NCBI GenBank assembly: GCA_951406725.2
Contig: OX597814.1
Coordinates: 21,886,001 to 21,950,000, forward strand
Origin: Octopus vulgaris
Taxonomy: Eukaryota
DNA: 64,000 bases
Direction of reading: 5' to 3'
Part shown: one piece after another, positions 13,722-28,311 of the stretch
Position numbering within the stretch: position 1 is the stretch's first letter
How the letters are laid out: each line of letters starts with the position of its first letter
Translations under genes and position numbers: made by a program
The notes under the pieces: model-generated
The model's database searches: none
Told to the model about the DNA's origin: nothing
Seen by the model: only the letters and a program-made list of their open reading frames with translations

Positions 13722-16247
13722 TTTTCGCTCAGAGATTTAAATTTAAAATTATTTGTTTTTCTTCTTTACAAGATCAGTGACTCAGTGTCGCTTTAAAAGT
13801 ATATACTATGAGCAGGAGCAAGTGGCTGCTATCTCTAGCCAGCAGCTGTCCTATACCGATGGAAGGGAATTACCCAGAACCATTGGTCTACAGGTATTGT
13901 TATGGCTAGAAAGGAAGCAGTAGGCTCCCTTGCTCATAGCATACAGACATAGATCATGTGTCGGTAGCCAGCTGGAAAAGATGTTTTTCGGGGGCTAAAA
14001 AGTAGTAACATCATCCCATGTAGGACTGCCACTTCACATTGGCAAATCTCTCTCTATATATAGATAGATATAGATATATATACATACATACATATATATA
14101 TTGTATGAGTTTTTCTTTCTTCCACCATTTGGCAATCAATGTTGGTTTGTTTTTATTGCACTAACTTAGTAGTTCAGTGAAGAGAAACAGACCAATAGAA
14201 TAATTTCCAGACTTTAAAAATAAGAAATGGAGTTGATTTATTTGACTAAACTCTTTAAGCTGATGTCCCAGTATGGCTGCAGTCCAATGAATGAAACAAG
14301 CAAAAGATAAATAGTAATAATAATTTTTAAACATTAAAATTTACAAAGTAGGTAGTAAGCACTCCAGAACTGAATCTTTCTACATCATGCAAAACATTTT
14401 AAAAGGAAGGTAGGGTAGGGGAAACCCCTCCTATTATTCAGACTATAATTATGCTATATATAATATTCATTGTAATCTGTTATATAAAGCAACAGTTTGT
14501 TCAATTTGAGATCATTTCAAAATAATCTGACTAATTTTTAGATGAATTATCATATAATATTGCATAGAAAATGTTGGCTAATAATTCATCTCTGTGTTTC
14601 ATAATACATAAGAATTCATTTTCGAAATTTATTTTGCATACATCACATTCATAGTAAACTATAAATCATGTATTCTGAAGTTGTTGCAGTAAAAGTTTTG
14701 GAAAAGCTGTTAAATAGGATAATTATCATAAGTTACAGATGTGGCTGAGTGGTTAACAAGTTTGTTTTGCAGCCATGTGGTTTCAGTTTCAGTCCCACTG
14801 TGCTGCAGATCAAAGATGATCAAAGCCTCATGAGTCAATTTGGTAGAGGAAAACTGAAATAAAAGCCTTTTCCATGCTTGCATGGGTCAGACAATTTGTT
14901 GAGGCAGATTTTCTTTGGGTAGATGCCCTTCTTGGCATCCAAGCAAGGTAATATTTCTTCATGGCCAGACAAATTTTTCACAGAAGACTGGAAACAAACA
15001 ACATTGTTTGTATGGAGGTGACACTCATTTGCAACCATTTTTCATAACCTTTCCACTACATATATATATATATATTTATATATATACATCGGCAAGTAAC
15101 AAATGCCATTTGAAGGTGGCCATTGCCAGTACTGCTTGACTGGCCCTTGTGCCAGTGGCACGTAAAAGCACCCACTACACTCTCAGAGTGGTTGGCATTA
15201 GGAAGGGCATCCAGCTGTAGATTCTCTGCCAGATCAGATTGGAGCCTGATGCAGCCTTCTGGTTTGCCAGTCCTCAGTCAAATCGTCCAACTCATGCTAG
15301 CATGGAAAGTGGATGTTAAACGATGCTGATGATGATGATCATCATCATTATCATCATCATCATTTAACATCCATTGTCCATACTGGCATGGGTTGGATGG
15401 TGTGACCAAAGCTGGCAAGCTGATTGGGCTGCACCAGACTCCTGTCTGATATGATATAATTTCTACAGCTAGAAGACCTTCCTAACACTTTCCACTTTAT
15501 AGAGTGTGCTGGATGCTTTTACATAGCTCTTCATGGTGCTTTTACATGATGCTGCACAGGTGTTTTTGCGTGTTACCATGTGGGTGCAGTTACATGTCAC
15601 CACAAGGGTGCTTTTATGTGTCACCACATGTATATGTATAGTGCAAAGATTATGCAAGATGTAATACAGAAACAAGGTAAAAATAGATAGAGTTGGTATT
15701 AGTTAATTGCTTGGGAAATGGAGAAAAAATTTAAGAAATATCTTTAATGTTTCACCCTTGTCTTGAAATCACATCATGGTTATAAATGTGCATCATCATC
15801 ATAATCAAACAAGCAATGTTGTTTGTTTCTAATCTTCTGTGAAAAATACAAGAACAAATTACCTTGCTTGGGGAAGCAGGTGAGTGTTGGGGACAGAAAA
15901 GCATTTGACCTTGGAAAGATTTGTCTTGACAAATTCCATTGGATCTATGAAAACATGGAAAAGTGAATGCTCAGACAATGGCTGGATGACTTATAAAATC
16001 ATTTTACAGATTGAAATTTGTGAAATATTGATGCCTTTTTCTTTTTGGTTTTTAGTTATTTGACTTGATATCAAGAAGAGCATCCAGCTACAAAAAATTC
16101 TCACTCAATAATGTTTCATCTAACCCAGCCAACCAGAGGAAAGAGAAAGTAGATGTTAAAGCAGTGCTATGCATACATATATTATGTGTGTGTATATACA
16201 TATATATATATATATATATAGAAAGATAAATATAGATAGATATAATA

Positions 16248-16294
<47 letters not shown>

Positions 16295-16704
16295 AGAGAG
16301 AGAGCTTGTTTTATATCCAACTTTTCTATGCTTTTATGCCCAACCTCTCAACTGTTAAGTTAAAGTACAATCTGCTTTTTATGTGAACTACAATCTGCTC
16401 AACTTTCATAAAAGCAGAATTATGTGCTTTGCTCAGGTGCACATGATGGCAATTAGGTCATGTTTGTGTGTGTATATATACGTATATGTGTGTATTCATA
16501 TGTACATATGTGTGTGTATATATATATATATATACATCCATATGTATATATATCTATATGCATGTATGTATATATGTATATACATATGTATATATATGTG
16601 TGTGTGTGCATATATATGTATATATATATATATATATGTATGTACATGTATTTCTATATATATACATGTATATATATATTTTTGTATATACATGTATATA
16701 TATA

Positions 16705-16743
<39 letters not shown>

Positions 16744-17921
16744 TAGCTTAAGGTGACCTGCTCTACGCGCGGGTAAGAGTGAGGTTGTTACTTTCTGTTG
16801 CTTCCTTTCAGCACGTAAAAAGCACCATCCGAACGTGGCCGATTGCTGCGCTGCCCTGACTGGCTTCTGTTCCAGTGGCACGTAAAAAGCACCAACCAAT
16901 TGTGGCCGCTGCCAGCCCCCCTGGCACCTGTGCCGGCGGCACGAAAAAAGCAGCCACTACACTCGCAGAGTGGTTGGAGTTAGGAAGGGCATCCACCTGT
17001 AGAAACACTGCCAGATCAGACTGGAGCCTGGTGCAGCCTCCTGGCTTCCCAGACCCCGGTCAAACTGTCCAACCCGTGCTAGCACTGAAAACGGACGTTA
17101 AACGATGATGATTCTCCCTCTTTGTTTCTCTCTCACTTTCCCACTCTCTTACTTTTCTTTTCTCTCGGACTCTCCCTCACTTTCTCTTACTCTCTATCTT
17201 TATCTATATCTCTCCCATTTATAAACAACAAAAGATCTTGAGTAAGTTGAGAAATAAAATATTTTGAAAGATCAATCATAAATATCAGGCAGTGACAACA
17301 GAAAGGTCTGCTTCAAGGCAGAGAGCAAAACACTAACATTTAAAAGGGACAGATGAACTTGCGAGCTGAATAAGAATAATAAAATATTGGAAACCAAAGT
17401 TTGAAGGGATAGAATCTGAGGATAGTAGAGTCACCATGGCTGGCATTTCTTAACGACGGACAGCAACGTATTGACAGTTTAACGGGTGGCGTAAAATTTT
17501 GAACTTGATGTAAAAGAAAATTCCTAAACACCAAGTTTTGAAGTGATTCTTTCTCACGACAGTAGACTCACCATGACAAGCATTCAAAACTTCTTCATCA
17601 TGGACGGCAACACATTGACGATTAAAAGGCTGGCGCAAATTTTTTAGCTTGATGTAACAGAGAATTCCTAAACACCCGCTCCTTTAAATTTTAATCCCCT
17701 TCCAGCCCTATTTAGACCCCTTTTCACATTTTGGTTAATATAACCCGATTTCATTCGGGTCTACTGGGGCCACATTTTATAAGATGAGGAATTTTGTCCT
17801 AGAGGTCACACCTTTCATTTGAGGAAAAAAATAGTTGTCATGCAAACTTGCCAGCACTTTTAACATAGGTGTGCATATTTTCAGCTCAACCGACCACATA
17901 ATGCACACATTATATACATAA

Positions 17922-17957
<36 letters not shown>

Positions 17958-20797
17958 ATGCATGCATTATATATACAAATGTATACAAATTATATATATA
18001 TATGTATAAATTAAATTAGAGATAAAACCACTAATAGGCAAATCAAACAGTGAAAAACATAAACCAAAACATAAAAATAAAAATATAATATACAAAATAT
18101 ATAAAATATAAAATTGAAAAATTTAAATTATTTAAATTTAAAATTAAAATTATTAATTTATTCTTATAATTTTTGTTTAAATATATATAACTATCAAAAC
18201 GTATTAAAAAGTTTAATATACATAAATACAGATATATACACTTTGTATATATACATTATATATACATATTTATATATAGAACACACACACACACACACAC
18301 ATATATAAATTAACCCAATAAATATCTGATTCATAATATTTGTTCTCATAATTGTGTGGTGGTTGTGGCGATGATAATTCTCTCTATGAATGCAGACAGA
18401 CGTAGAGAGAGAGAGAGAGAGTGTGAAAGTACTGTCGAAGGCGGGGAGAGGGGAGATATAGAACGCCGTGACACGACGTTATAAAGGGAAAGTGAAGGTA
18501 AGGGAGTTAGACGCTGTGAAATGACGTTATATATAGAAAGTGATGGGAAGGGAGGAAAGAGAGTGAGTGACGGAGGAAGACAGATACCTAAAAGAATGAG
18601 AGTAGACGTGTCAAAGTGAGTTTTTGGCCCTAGCAACGACACCTTTTAAGATGGAGATTTCTAACCTAGCCCACTAACATCCTCACCTCCTTTTACATGT
18701 CCCTGTAAATTTTGGAGTCAGTCCGACTGGATCTAGTGGCCTTTAACCCATTCTCAATGCCAAAACCAGACAAACAAACAAACTTCGCATTTCAGATTTA
18801 TAATATAGAGATATACAGTGTTTCTATATATATATACATGTATATATATGTATATACATATATGTAGATCAGCCATCTTTCTTTTCCTAACTTGAATATC
18901 TTTCTTTCCTTGTGATCAACTGCAGGGATCAGATGCATTCTTGTCTGTCTCTTGTCAATGCCTGTCCCACCATTGGTCAACACCTCACTTTGTTTAGGCT
19001 TGGCAGCCTTTCCTGTTTGTTTTCACTATCCTGTTTTTGTTACCAACTTTGGCCCTCCGCAAAATCCCAGAGTAGAAAAACAGCCGACAACTGATGAAGG
19101 ATCGTTCTTTATGTTGCTTGTCTTGTTTTAAATCTCTTTCTTTCATTGTTCACAAAAATGTTCGTATTCCATGTTTTCATATTTTGTATTTCATGTTGTT
19201 TACATTCTGTGAAGTACTATGCCCATATATTCACATGTATATACATATATATGTAAGTATGTACATATATGTATGGATATATATATATATATATATATAC
19301 ATATACATATGTGTGTGTATATATATATATATATATATACACACACTTATGTTCTGCAACATGAGGACCAAAGACTTGAAGTGTTTCATGTTGCAAGACA
19401 GTGTGTGAGAGACAATCATGATGTCATAGGAGAGAAATGTGTCTGCATGGATGATAGCTCACTTGCATTTAATGAGACTGCAAAGAAAGAGACTTGGAGA
19501 CGTTACTATGAATGGTTGAGAAATGAAGAGGATGAATGAAGGAAAGAGAGTCTGCCGAATGTCAACCCAGCAGAGGGACCAGCTATCCGAATTGACAGTA
19601 CCTTGGTAGATAAAGCAATTAATGATATGAAGACAGGGAAAAACCCCTCCCCAGCCCATCAGGAATCACCGCAGAGATGCTTAAAATATCTGGCAGTGTC
19701 GGCTATAGTCTAGTCACCTGTATAGTCAATCAGGTGAACCATGACGGAGTCATGCCCAATGACTTGTATAACAGCACCATAGTCAACTGCTATGAAGGTA
19801 AAGGTGATGCATTAGATGCAAACAATTACAGAGGTATCAAGTTGTTGGATCAGGTAATGAAAGTCACAGAGAGGGTCATAGCCCAACTAATTAGGGGGAG
19901 AGTCAGTCTAGACGAGATGCAGTTTGGCTTTGTGCCAGGGAAAAGCACTACTGATGCTATATTTCTGGTAAGACAGCTGCAGGAGAAACACCTAGCCAAA
20001 GATAAACCTCTGTACCTGACTTTCATTGACATGGAGAAAGCCTCTCACATTGTCCCCTGATCCCTTATCTGGCGATCAGTGCAGAATCTAGGGATAGATG
20101 AGTGGTTAGTGAGAGCTGTACAAGCCATGTACAGGGATGCTGTCAGTAAGGTGAGGGCTGCAACAAGTACAGTGAAGAATTCCGGGTTGGAGTAGGTGTC
20201 CACTAAGGATCAGTCCTCAGCCTCCTCTTATACATCATATATATATGTATGAGAAGTATTGGTGTCAAGAAGACCCAAAGGTGTCAGATAATGCTGAGTA
20301 CATGCTATGGACAGACCATAGTTAAGCCCAGGTTCAATAATGATACAAATGAGGAGTATAACGTAGGTCGTGTATTAGCATGCATATATATATAAAAAAT
20401 TAACAGACTGAGATAAAAAAAATCCAAGGCTGTGAATACTTTTCAGAACAACTATTCACAACCTTGGATTTTTATAGTAAATCCTAAAAAAGAAGAAGAA
20501 CAACAAACATAAAAAAAAAACACAAGGGGACATGGTACATGTAAAGTATTAGCTCAAGGAAGGAAAGAAAGATGGCTTAACGTTTTGAGCAACTTCTCTT
20601 CTTTGGAAACAGAGGAAAGTCCAATAGAAAGGAAGACGCAGGAAGAAAATCACCGACGATTCATGTGGTTACATTTTGAAATATATATATATGTATGTAT
20701 GTATGTGTATATGTACATATGTGTGTGTATATATATGTACATATGTGTGTGTATATATATATACATTTGTGTGTATATATATTTGTATGTATGTATG

Positions 20798-20849
<52 letters not shown>

Positions 20850-23800
20850 TACATTAGAAGTCTAGGTTTAAAAAGTACAAATACATGTATTGAAAATCTC
20901 AGCCATTTCTTTTTAATTGTTTAGTTTAGTGTGCTACCAGCTACACTGAGGTCATAGAATTTGACCTGTGATGGAAGAAATACAGAAGTCAGAGAAGAAA
21001 GAGATATTCATGGAATGTATGTCATTGATTCAATAAAAGAACTGTGAATGAATGTTTTGATAAATGAGCAACTAAAGATTATGAATTAATCATAAACAAC
21101 AACAAAAAATTAATTTGAATAGGAATATCATAGAAATAAATTAGCTATTAGGGACAACACCAGTGTTTGTAATGAATATTAATAGGCATATCCAAATATG
21201 CTAATTATTATAGAAATAGATGCCAATGAATGAAATGTTTGATAACCAAATACGGAAATGCATCTACAAACCTATTTAAACTTGAGCCAATGAAGTTTCC
21301 TCTAGATCATTGTTCTACCCAATAGAATTAGCAGCCAAATCTACCTCAACCCTCATGAATTCAATGTACCTAAAACTGCTCCTGGTTTTATGACACAAAC
21401 TTCCTGTTTTAAAATTGATGAGTTAAATCCTTTACTTGTTTCAGTCATTTGACTGTGGCCATGCTGGAGCACCACCTTTAGTCGAGGAAATCGACCCCAG
21501 GACTTATTCTTTGTAACCCTAGTACTCATTCTATCGGTCTCTTTTGCCGAACTGCTAATGTTACGGGGACGTAAACATGCCAGCATCGGTTGTCAAGCAA
21601 TGTTGGGGTACAAACATACACACACACACACACACATATATATATACATATACACAACAGGCTTCTTTCAGTTTCCAAGCTGTCACACGATGGGACTGAA
21701 CCAGGAACCATGTGGTTGGTAAGCAAGCTACTTACCACACAGCCACTCCTGCGCCTTCTAAAATTTCATGCTTTATGTTTTAACAGCTTAATTATGACAA
21801 CGTTATTTTAGTAAATTTTTCATTATTTTAAAAAATTATTGAAACAAAGACAGTGTATTTTAACAGAATATGGTAACAAAAAGATTAAATGTTACTCTAC
21901 ATGCATATTTTTAAACAAAATTGGATAACAGAGTTCTAAGCGCACTTGTCCCTTGTGGAAATATAAATAGTCATGGCTAGAATTACTTTGATCTATTTGA
22001 TCAATGCTGACCTAAGGCTAAATAATAGCAACCAACTTCGATTTTACCAGAACTGTAAAAAGAGCTCTCAACAATTGTAGCGATTTATTTCAAATGAGCT
22101 GACAGTTATTTTACTTCTACTGAATTTTTAATAGAGTAAAATTTTTTCTCTAGTGGAGGCACAATGGCCCAGTAGTTAGGGCAGCAGACTTGTGGTTGGA
22201 GGATCGCGGTTTCAATTCCCAGACTGGGAATTGTGTGTGTTTATTGAGCGAAAACACCTAAAAGCTCCACAAGGCTCCGGCAGGGAGTGGTGGCGACCCC
22301 TGTTGTACACTTTCGCCACAATTTTCTCTTACTCTCTCTTCCTGTTTCTTGAGTAATGCTGTGATGGACTGGCGTCCCGTCCAGCTGGGGGGAACACATA
22401 TGCCACAGAAACCAGGAAACCGAGCCCATGAGCCTGGTTAGGATTGAAAAGGGCGATGAAAATTTTTACAGGACTTTAAAAACATGAGTAAAAGTATAAT
22501 TTTAAGTTGCAAAGGAATATCAATACTAAAGACCTTTATAAATATATTGGACAAATGCAGACAGTAGGATAGCTGAACAATCATGAGACAAAATTAAGAG
22601 CTTAAAAGATAGTTCATCCTCAGCATTATTTACTCTTTTGTTCCCTTATTTCTATTGAATTACACTAACCTACTTGATATTTATCTGGTAATTGAAACAT
22701 AAAATTAACATGAAATTTTGATGAAAGGTTTCGTTTTATCTCACATCAAAAAAGAAAGTTTGTGTCTTAGAGCCAAGAGTAGTCTCAGGCAGGTTGGTAT
22801 CAAAAGGGTTAAGAAAAGCTTCCAATAAAGGAGACTAATTAATTATAGGATAAAGAAAGTACTTAGCTGAAGACCTGTGAAGGAAATTGAGTGAGCAACT
22901 GTTAAACTGGAAACTAATCTTCTGACATCAATAAAGAACTTGCTTGGCAATGGTTTCCAAAAGTCATTAAGATAAATTCAACCTTGGCAGGATAATGCAA
23001 AAGTGCATGAAAGATTATCAATATTAGCGATATTATGATAACAATTATAGCTTTTTATATTTTTGTACTTGTTATCTTTAACTATATTTAGATATAACAT
23101 CGGTCTTCTTTTTTGCTGCCTGTGTTGAAGGTCCTTTATTAAGGGATAAGTAAGTATCAAATATTTCTATTTTAGTGATATATATTTTCTTGATTCTCTT
23201 CTTTTCCTTTAAAGATTTCTAATGTTTTATTAAGAATTGTTTCTTTTTTTTTTTTTTGGATAAATTTGTTCAGCAAAACTGATAACATTTACATATTAGT
23301 TACAAGACTCTTTAAGTATTTTCAAAGAATATTCTCGTATTTTTATGTATGAATTGATTTCTAAGATTTTCAGCATAAAGTGATAAGCAGCAATTTAAGA
23401 CGGAAAGGAAAAGCAGGCCCACAATTCTAATAAATTGATTAAGAATGTTTGTTAGTTTATAAAATACATAATATCTGCTAACTAGAAATTTTGATGTAAA
23501 ATATGAGATTAGTATAACTAGATGCCAAATTGTTAAGCCTGAAACACTTCAGAAAAAGATTAAACAACTGCAGTTGTAATCAACTGATGGCTGTGGATGA
23601 TTTGGAGGTGTATTGAGATCTATAGAGTAAGTTACCTACAAGCAAAAGTGCAACCCAGTTGGTGACCACATCACTTCAATTACATTTCTTATATTTATTT
23701 TTTTTTTAATGGCATGGATACAGTTCTCCTCTTATAGTTTTTGTTTATATGTAAGACATTAGTTACTTAAAATTAGATTTTACTTTTGCTAGTCAGTTAG

Positions 23801-24429
23801 TAAAGGAGAGACATAGCCCAAGACATTTTCAAGTTCTTCCAGATGTGGTTGGTGTTTAGTTTGAAGATCTACAGATTGATACATGTTGAAAAAGAAACTG
23901 TTCAGGAAAAGATTGCCAGAGAAAGGCATTGAGGAAATTTGGATAAGTTTGGGATGGAGGATATGTGATGCAGTAGCAAAGATGGCAAACTGACCGGTGC
24001 GATGATGGGTGTATACACAGATCTTTATAAATAGATAACAAATGGGTTTGTGTGAAGATTATTAATTGATATTAGCAGATGTTGCCATAGCAGCAATAAA
24101 AGAGACAGAGCAGTGTATCTTTGGAGTAGTGGTTGGTGAGTGAGACTTTACCAATCATCTGCATAGCTTTCTTTTTTATATGACTTGGATGTATGTGTGT
24201 GTATGTATGCAGCTACAGCACCTACCAGAAAAAAACAGTTATGTGAATGTATAATTTTATTCAATAACTATGTTGTTGCTCTTCACTACGTGTACCCTTC
24301 ACTCTTTCTCATAGCTTGATGAGTTTACATTAGCAAGAAACTCTGAGTAGTGACAGAATAGACATTAGCTTCAAGCAAATTAATAAACTCTACTACATAT
24401 ATTGAGTGTTCATCCTCCTGTTTGTATTT

Positions 24430-24464
<35 letters not shown>

Positions 24465-25702
24465 CACAGACATAGAGTTTACTGTTTCATTAAGGTAAGA
24501 TCAGCAAGAAAAGTATTCCATCCAGTGGGAGATAAATATCATTTAATGTACACAGTATAAAAACACTAGCTACTAATATTTTTTTTTGCACTGGAGAAAT
24601 GGGTCTAGGTAGGTTTTAATAACATGCTTTGTGCCTCCAAGAGACACAAGGCATATCATAAAAACTGGCTTAAAGAGCCTGAAGATTGCTTGGAAATATA
24701 AAGTATATTATAAAAACCTGCCTAGACCCATAGCTCCTATGCAAAAAATATTAGCAGCTCATATCTTGATACTGTGCACATTAAATGATATATATACACA
24801 CATACAATAGATAAGAATACATAGAAAAGCGTACAATAGATATGGACAGATTACTGCTCAAACCAGATTGAAAGTCTCAGATCCAACATCAAATCATGGG
24901 TGACATAAATCCAGGTAAACAAGATGTGATTGTAGGAAACAATAAAGATAGAGTATAAGATGGTATCAAAGCATTTATAAATAAGTTATACAAATATACA
25001 TATAAATGTATTTTAGCCTATAGCAGGAAGATAGTCCATAGTAATCATAGTCTTTCATAAATAGATAAATATCCAGAGATTTCATGTGCAAAAATCATTG
25101 AGAAGAAAGAAGAAATTTCAAGGTCATACTTTACAGCTGTTTCAGGGACTCGATCATAGATTCATGCAGTACTGTGCATTATGTATACATACATACATGT
25201 GTGTGTGTGAAGTCATTGTCGTGGTCGATGCCAGTGGCACATAAAAAGCATCATTTGAGTGTGATCATTGCCAGTGCTGCCTGACTTGCTCCCATGCCAG
25301 TGACACGTAAAAAGCACCATTTGATCGTGGTCATTACCAGTGCCGCCAGACTGGTTCCTGTGCCGATGGTATGTAAAAAGCACCATTCAAGCATGGTCGA
25401 TGCCAGTACTGCCTGACTAGCCCTCATGCTGGTGGCACATAAAAAGCACCTACTACACTCTCAGAGTGGTTGCCATTAGGAAGGGCAAAGAAACTTTGCC
25501 AGATCAGATAGAGCCTGATGCAGCCTTCTGGCTTGCCAACTTTCACTCAAACTGTCCAACCCATGCCAGCATGGAAAGCAGACATTAAACAGTGATTATG
25601 AGGATGATGATGATGTACTAAATTGTGTTATTCCATATTTGGGATATATGATGTTATAACTTAAATTGTGTTACCCTATAATTATTTGTTAACACAAGCA
25701 TA

Positions 25703-25748
<46 letters not shown>

Positions 25749-28069
25749 TTATTTATATGCACAATGCACATTACTGCATCTATCTGTTACCAAATCCCTG
25801 AAATAGCTGTAAATATTACTTTGATTTTTCTCTTCACTGATTTATGTATATGAAATTTTTGGATGTCTATTATTTATGAACTATCTTCTTCCTTTTTGCT
25901 TTATTATTTTTATATGCATATGTGTATCACTTATTTATAAATGCTGTGATACTGCAAATAACTTCTTGTCCACCTTTTATTTTATCCTTATATGTATGTA
26001 TGTATATATAGATAGATAAGTAGATAGACAGATAAGTAGATAGATAGATAGATAGATAAGTAGATAGATGTGCTAGATAGATACAATAACTAATGAATAA
26101 CATTTCTTTTCATATATATGTATATATATACATATTCTTTACAATTTAGATTTAGCAGAAAGTTATATTTTTAGACAAACACAGTTCATAGATAACACTT
26201 TTCAGACTATTTCTATTCATTCTGCTGATTCAATATTCAAATGTTTAATAATTTTTTAAGGATGGCATGGTGATGATAATATATGCGGATGAAAACAAAT
26301 AATACTTTCTTCCATTATTTTAATAGATTTGGTGAAAGTATAAATGGTGGCCTTGTGGTAGCTAATCTAGCCTGGCCCAATGAATGGGTTATTCTTATTG
26401 GCTCCTTCTTATCAACTCTTGGTGCTGGATTGCAGAGTTTAACAGGTTTGATATTGTTCATCAACATCATCATCATCATAATCTATCATCATCATTATCA
26501 TCATCAACATTGCATATCAACAGCATCTTTTATCTCCATTTCGCCTTGGGTTAAATGGGTCTTCTTGCTTGATTGGCTCTCTTTGAAACAAGCCAGTGAG
26601 GGAGCCTCTATGTAGTTGGTGACGTGCTAAGAATTGCAGCCAAATCTCCTTCAAAATTATATTCTACTATTTAAGAAAACAAATGATTGAATAATGTCGT
26701 TCTAGATACTCTACGACAGAAAGAAAAGTGAGGGTGGTTATGTTTGGGATACCTTTCATTGATCATTAATCTATACAATTAGGGGTGACGTGGGGCTTAA
26801 CAATATCTCTCTCCAACTTGTCATATCTCAGTTCTTGTGATTTATGAACATACCATCACAGACAAATCCTCTTTATCTGTTTTTACTAACTTCATTGGCT
26901 CTAAGTTAATCAGCTACAGAGTATACATGTGCAGTATGGGCTCGATCTTCAAATGCATTTCTGGACCCTGTTCTCAGTGAGTAATTCCACTATATTAGAC
27001 TGGTTGTCCCAGGCCTACTAACATTAATGTTTTTTATAAGGTGGTTGGCATTGCTCCACCTACAATCAGGAGAGATGTTGCTAGCAAAGCTGAAAAACAA
27101 GATTAGATGTTTGATGAAAGATATTTATAACACGGATATCAACAAATATGAAGAAGGTTAAATAGAGGAAGAAAATATTTTCATAATATCCACAGTTTTT
27201 CTCCGTTTCCAAAGAATTTACCTGCATACATTTGAGGAAAGAAAAACTGGTAAATTTTCTACCAGTGCCATATGTAGAAAGTTTGCTAAAATGATCCACA
27301 GAACAATTGAAAATATCATAAATGATTCCACATTTCATTTCGGATTCCATACACACCAAAGTAAATGGGGACATATGTGGAATCTTTCTTCTGTGACTGT
27401 GAAACTGTCCAAACTATGAGTTACAAGCTGGTTTTCCCATTAGTGAATTACCCTTGTTGTTTAGCTGATTTGAGAAATAACACAAAAAACAGAAGATTGC
27501 ATGAAAAAAGGTGACAAAATTTGATCTCAACAGGAAATAATAATCATCTACCTCTGCTCCAGTTGCCATTTATCATTGACCATTTATCACTTAAATTCAC
27601 ATTTTCTACCATTAACACTAACCATTGTCCTTACCAGTTTTCTTTACACAACCCTTTGCCTGTGTATTGTGCACAGTTCAGAGCAACGCCACAACACCAG
27701 ACTGGTATGGACATGCACTTTGTAAAATATTAATCACACTATGTTTGCAGTATGTTTAATAATTCTTTATGTTCATATGCTAACATCCCTCTAGCTTTGT
27801 AGATCACACTGTAATTCTTTCTCTCTCTATGTCTCCCCCAATTTGCTTTGTAGGTGTTGTTTCTCTCTCTCTCTCGTTTTGTAGACATTATTTCTCTTTT
27901 TCTTCTCTTCCTTTCTAGTTTTGTAGTAACCACCCACTTTTTCTGGCTTTGTGAACAGCTATCACTCCCTATATTACTTTTTCAACAACTCTCTCTCTCT
28001 CTCTCCCCCCCTCTTTCTCTTTTCCTCTCTCTTTTAGGCTTTGTAGGTGGCTGTATCTCTTTATTGTTA

Positions 28070-28113
<44 letters not shown>

Positions 28114-28273
28114 TCTCTCTCTCTCTCAAAACTTTGCAGATAGCTCTACATTTCCCTGTCTCTTGCTCAACATATCTTTTTTTTCTTTCCCTCACCCTCT
28201 CTCTCATTGTTGACAGCTGTTTAATTAACGATTCTTCCTAAGGCTGAACTGTTTTAGCTAATTTATCTAATTA

Positions 28274-28311
<38 letters not shown>

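Larger units (their letters stand above)
8663..23091 (+). other. U12-type (minor) GT-AG intron, 14.4 kb
   Basis: 5' splice site GTATCCTTT; branch TATCTTTAAC at 23073-23082; no pyrimidine tract before the AG. Confidence 0.9.

Noticed and set aside
16169-16899. Many YIYI/CVCV ORFs (also about 3030, 19200, 20680, 33750)
   Set aside because: They are translations of dinucleotide microsatellites.
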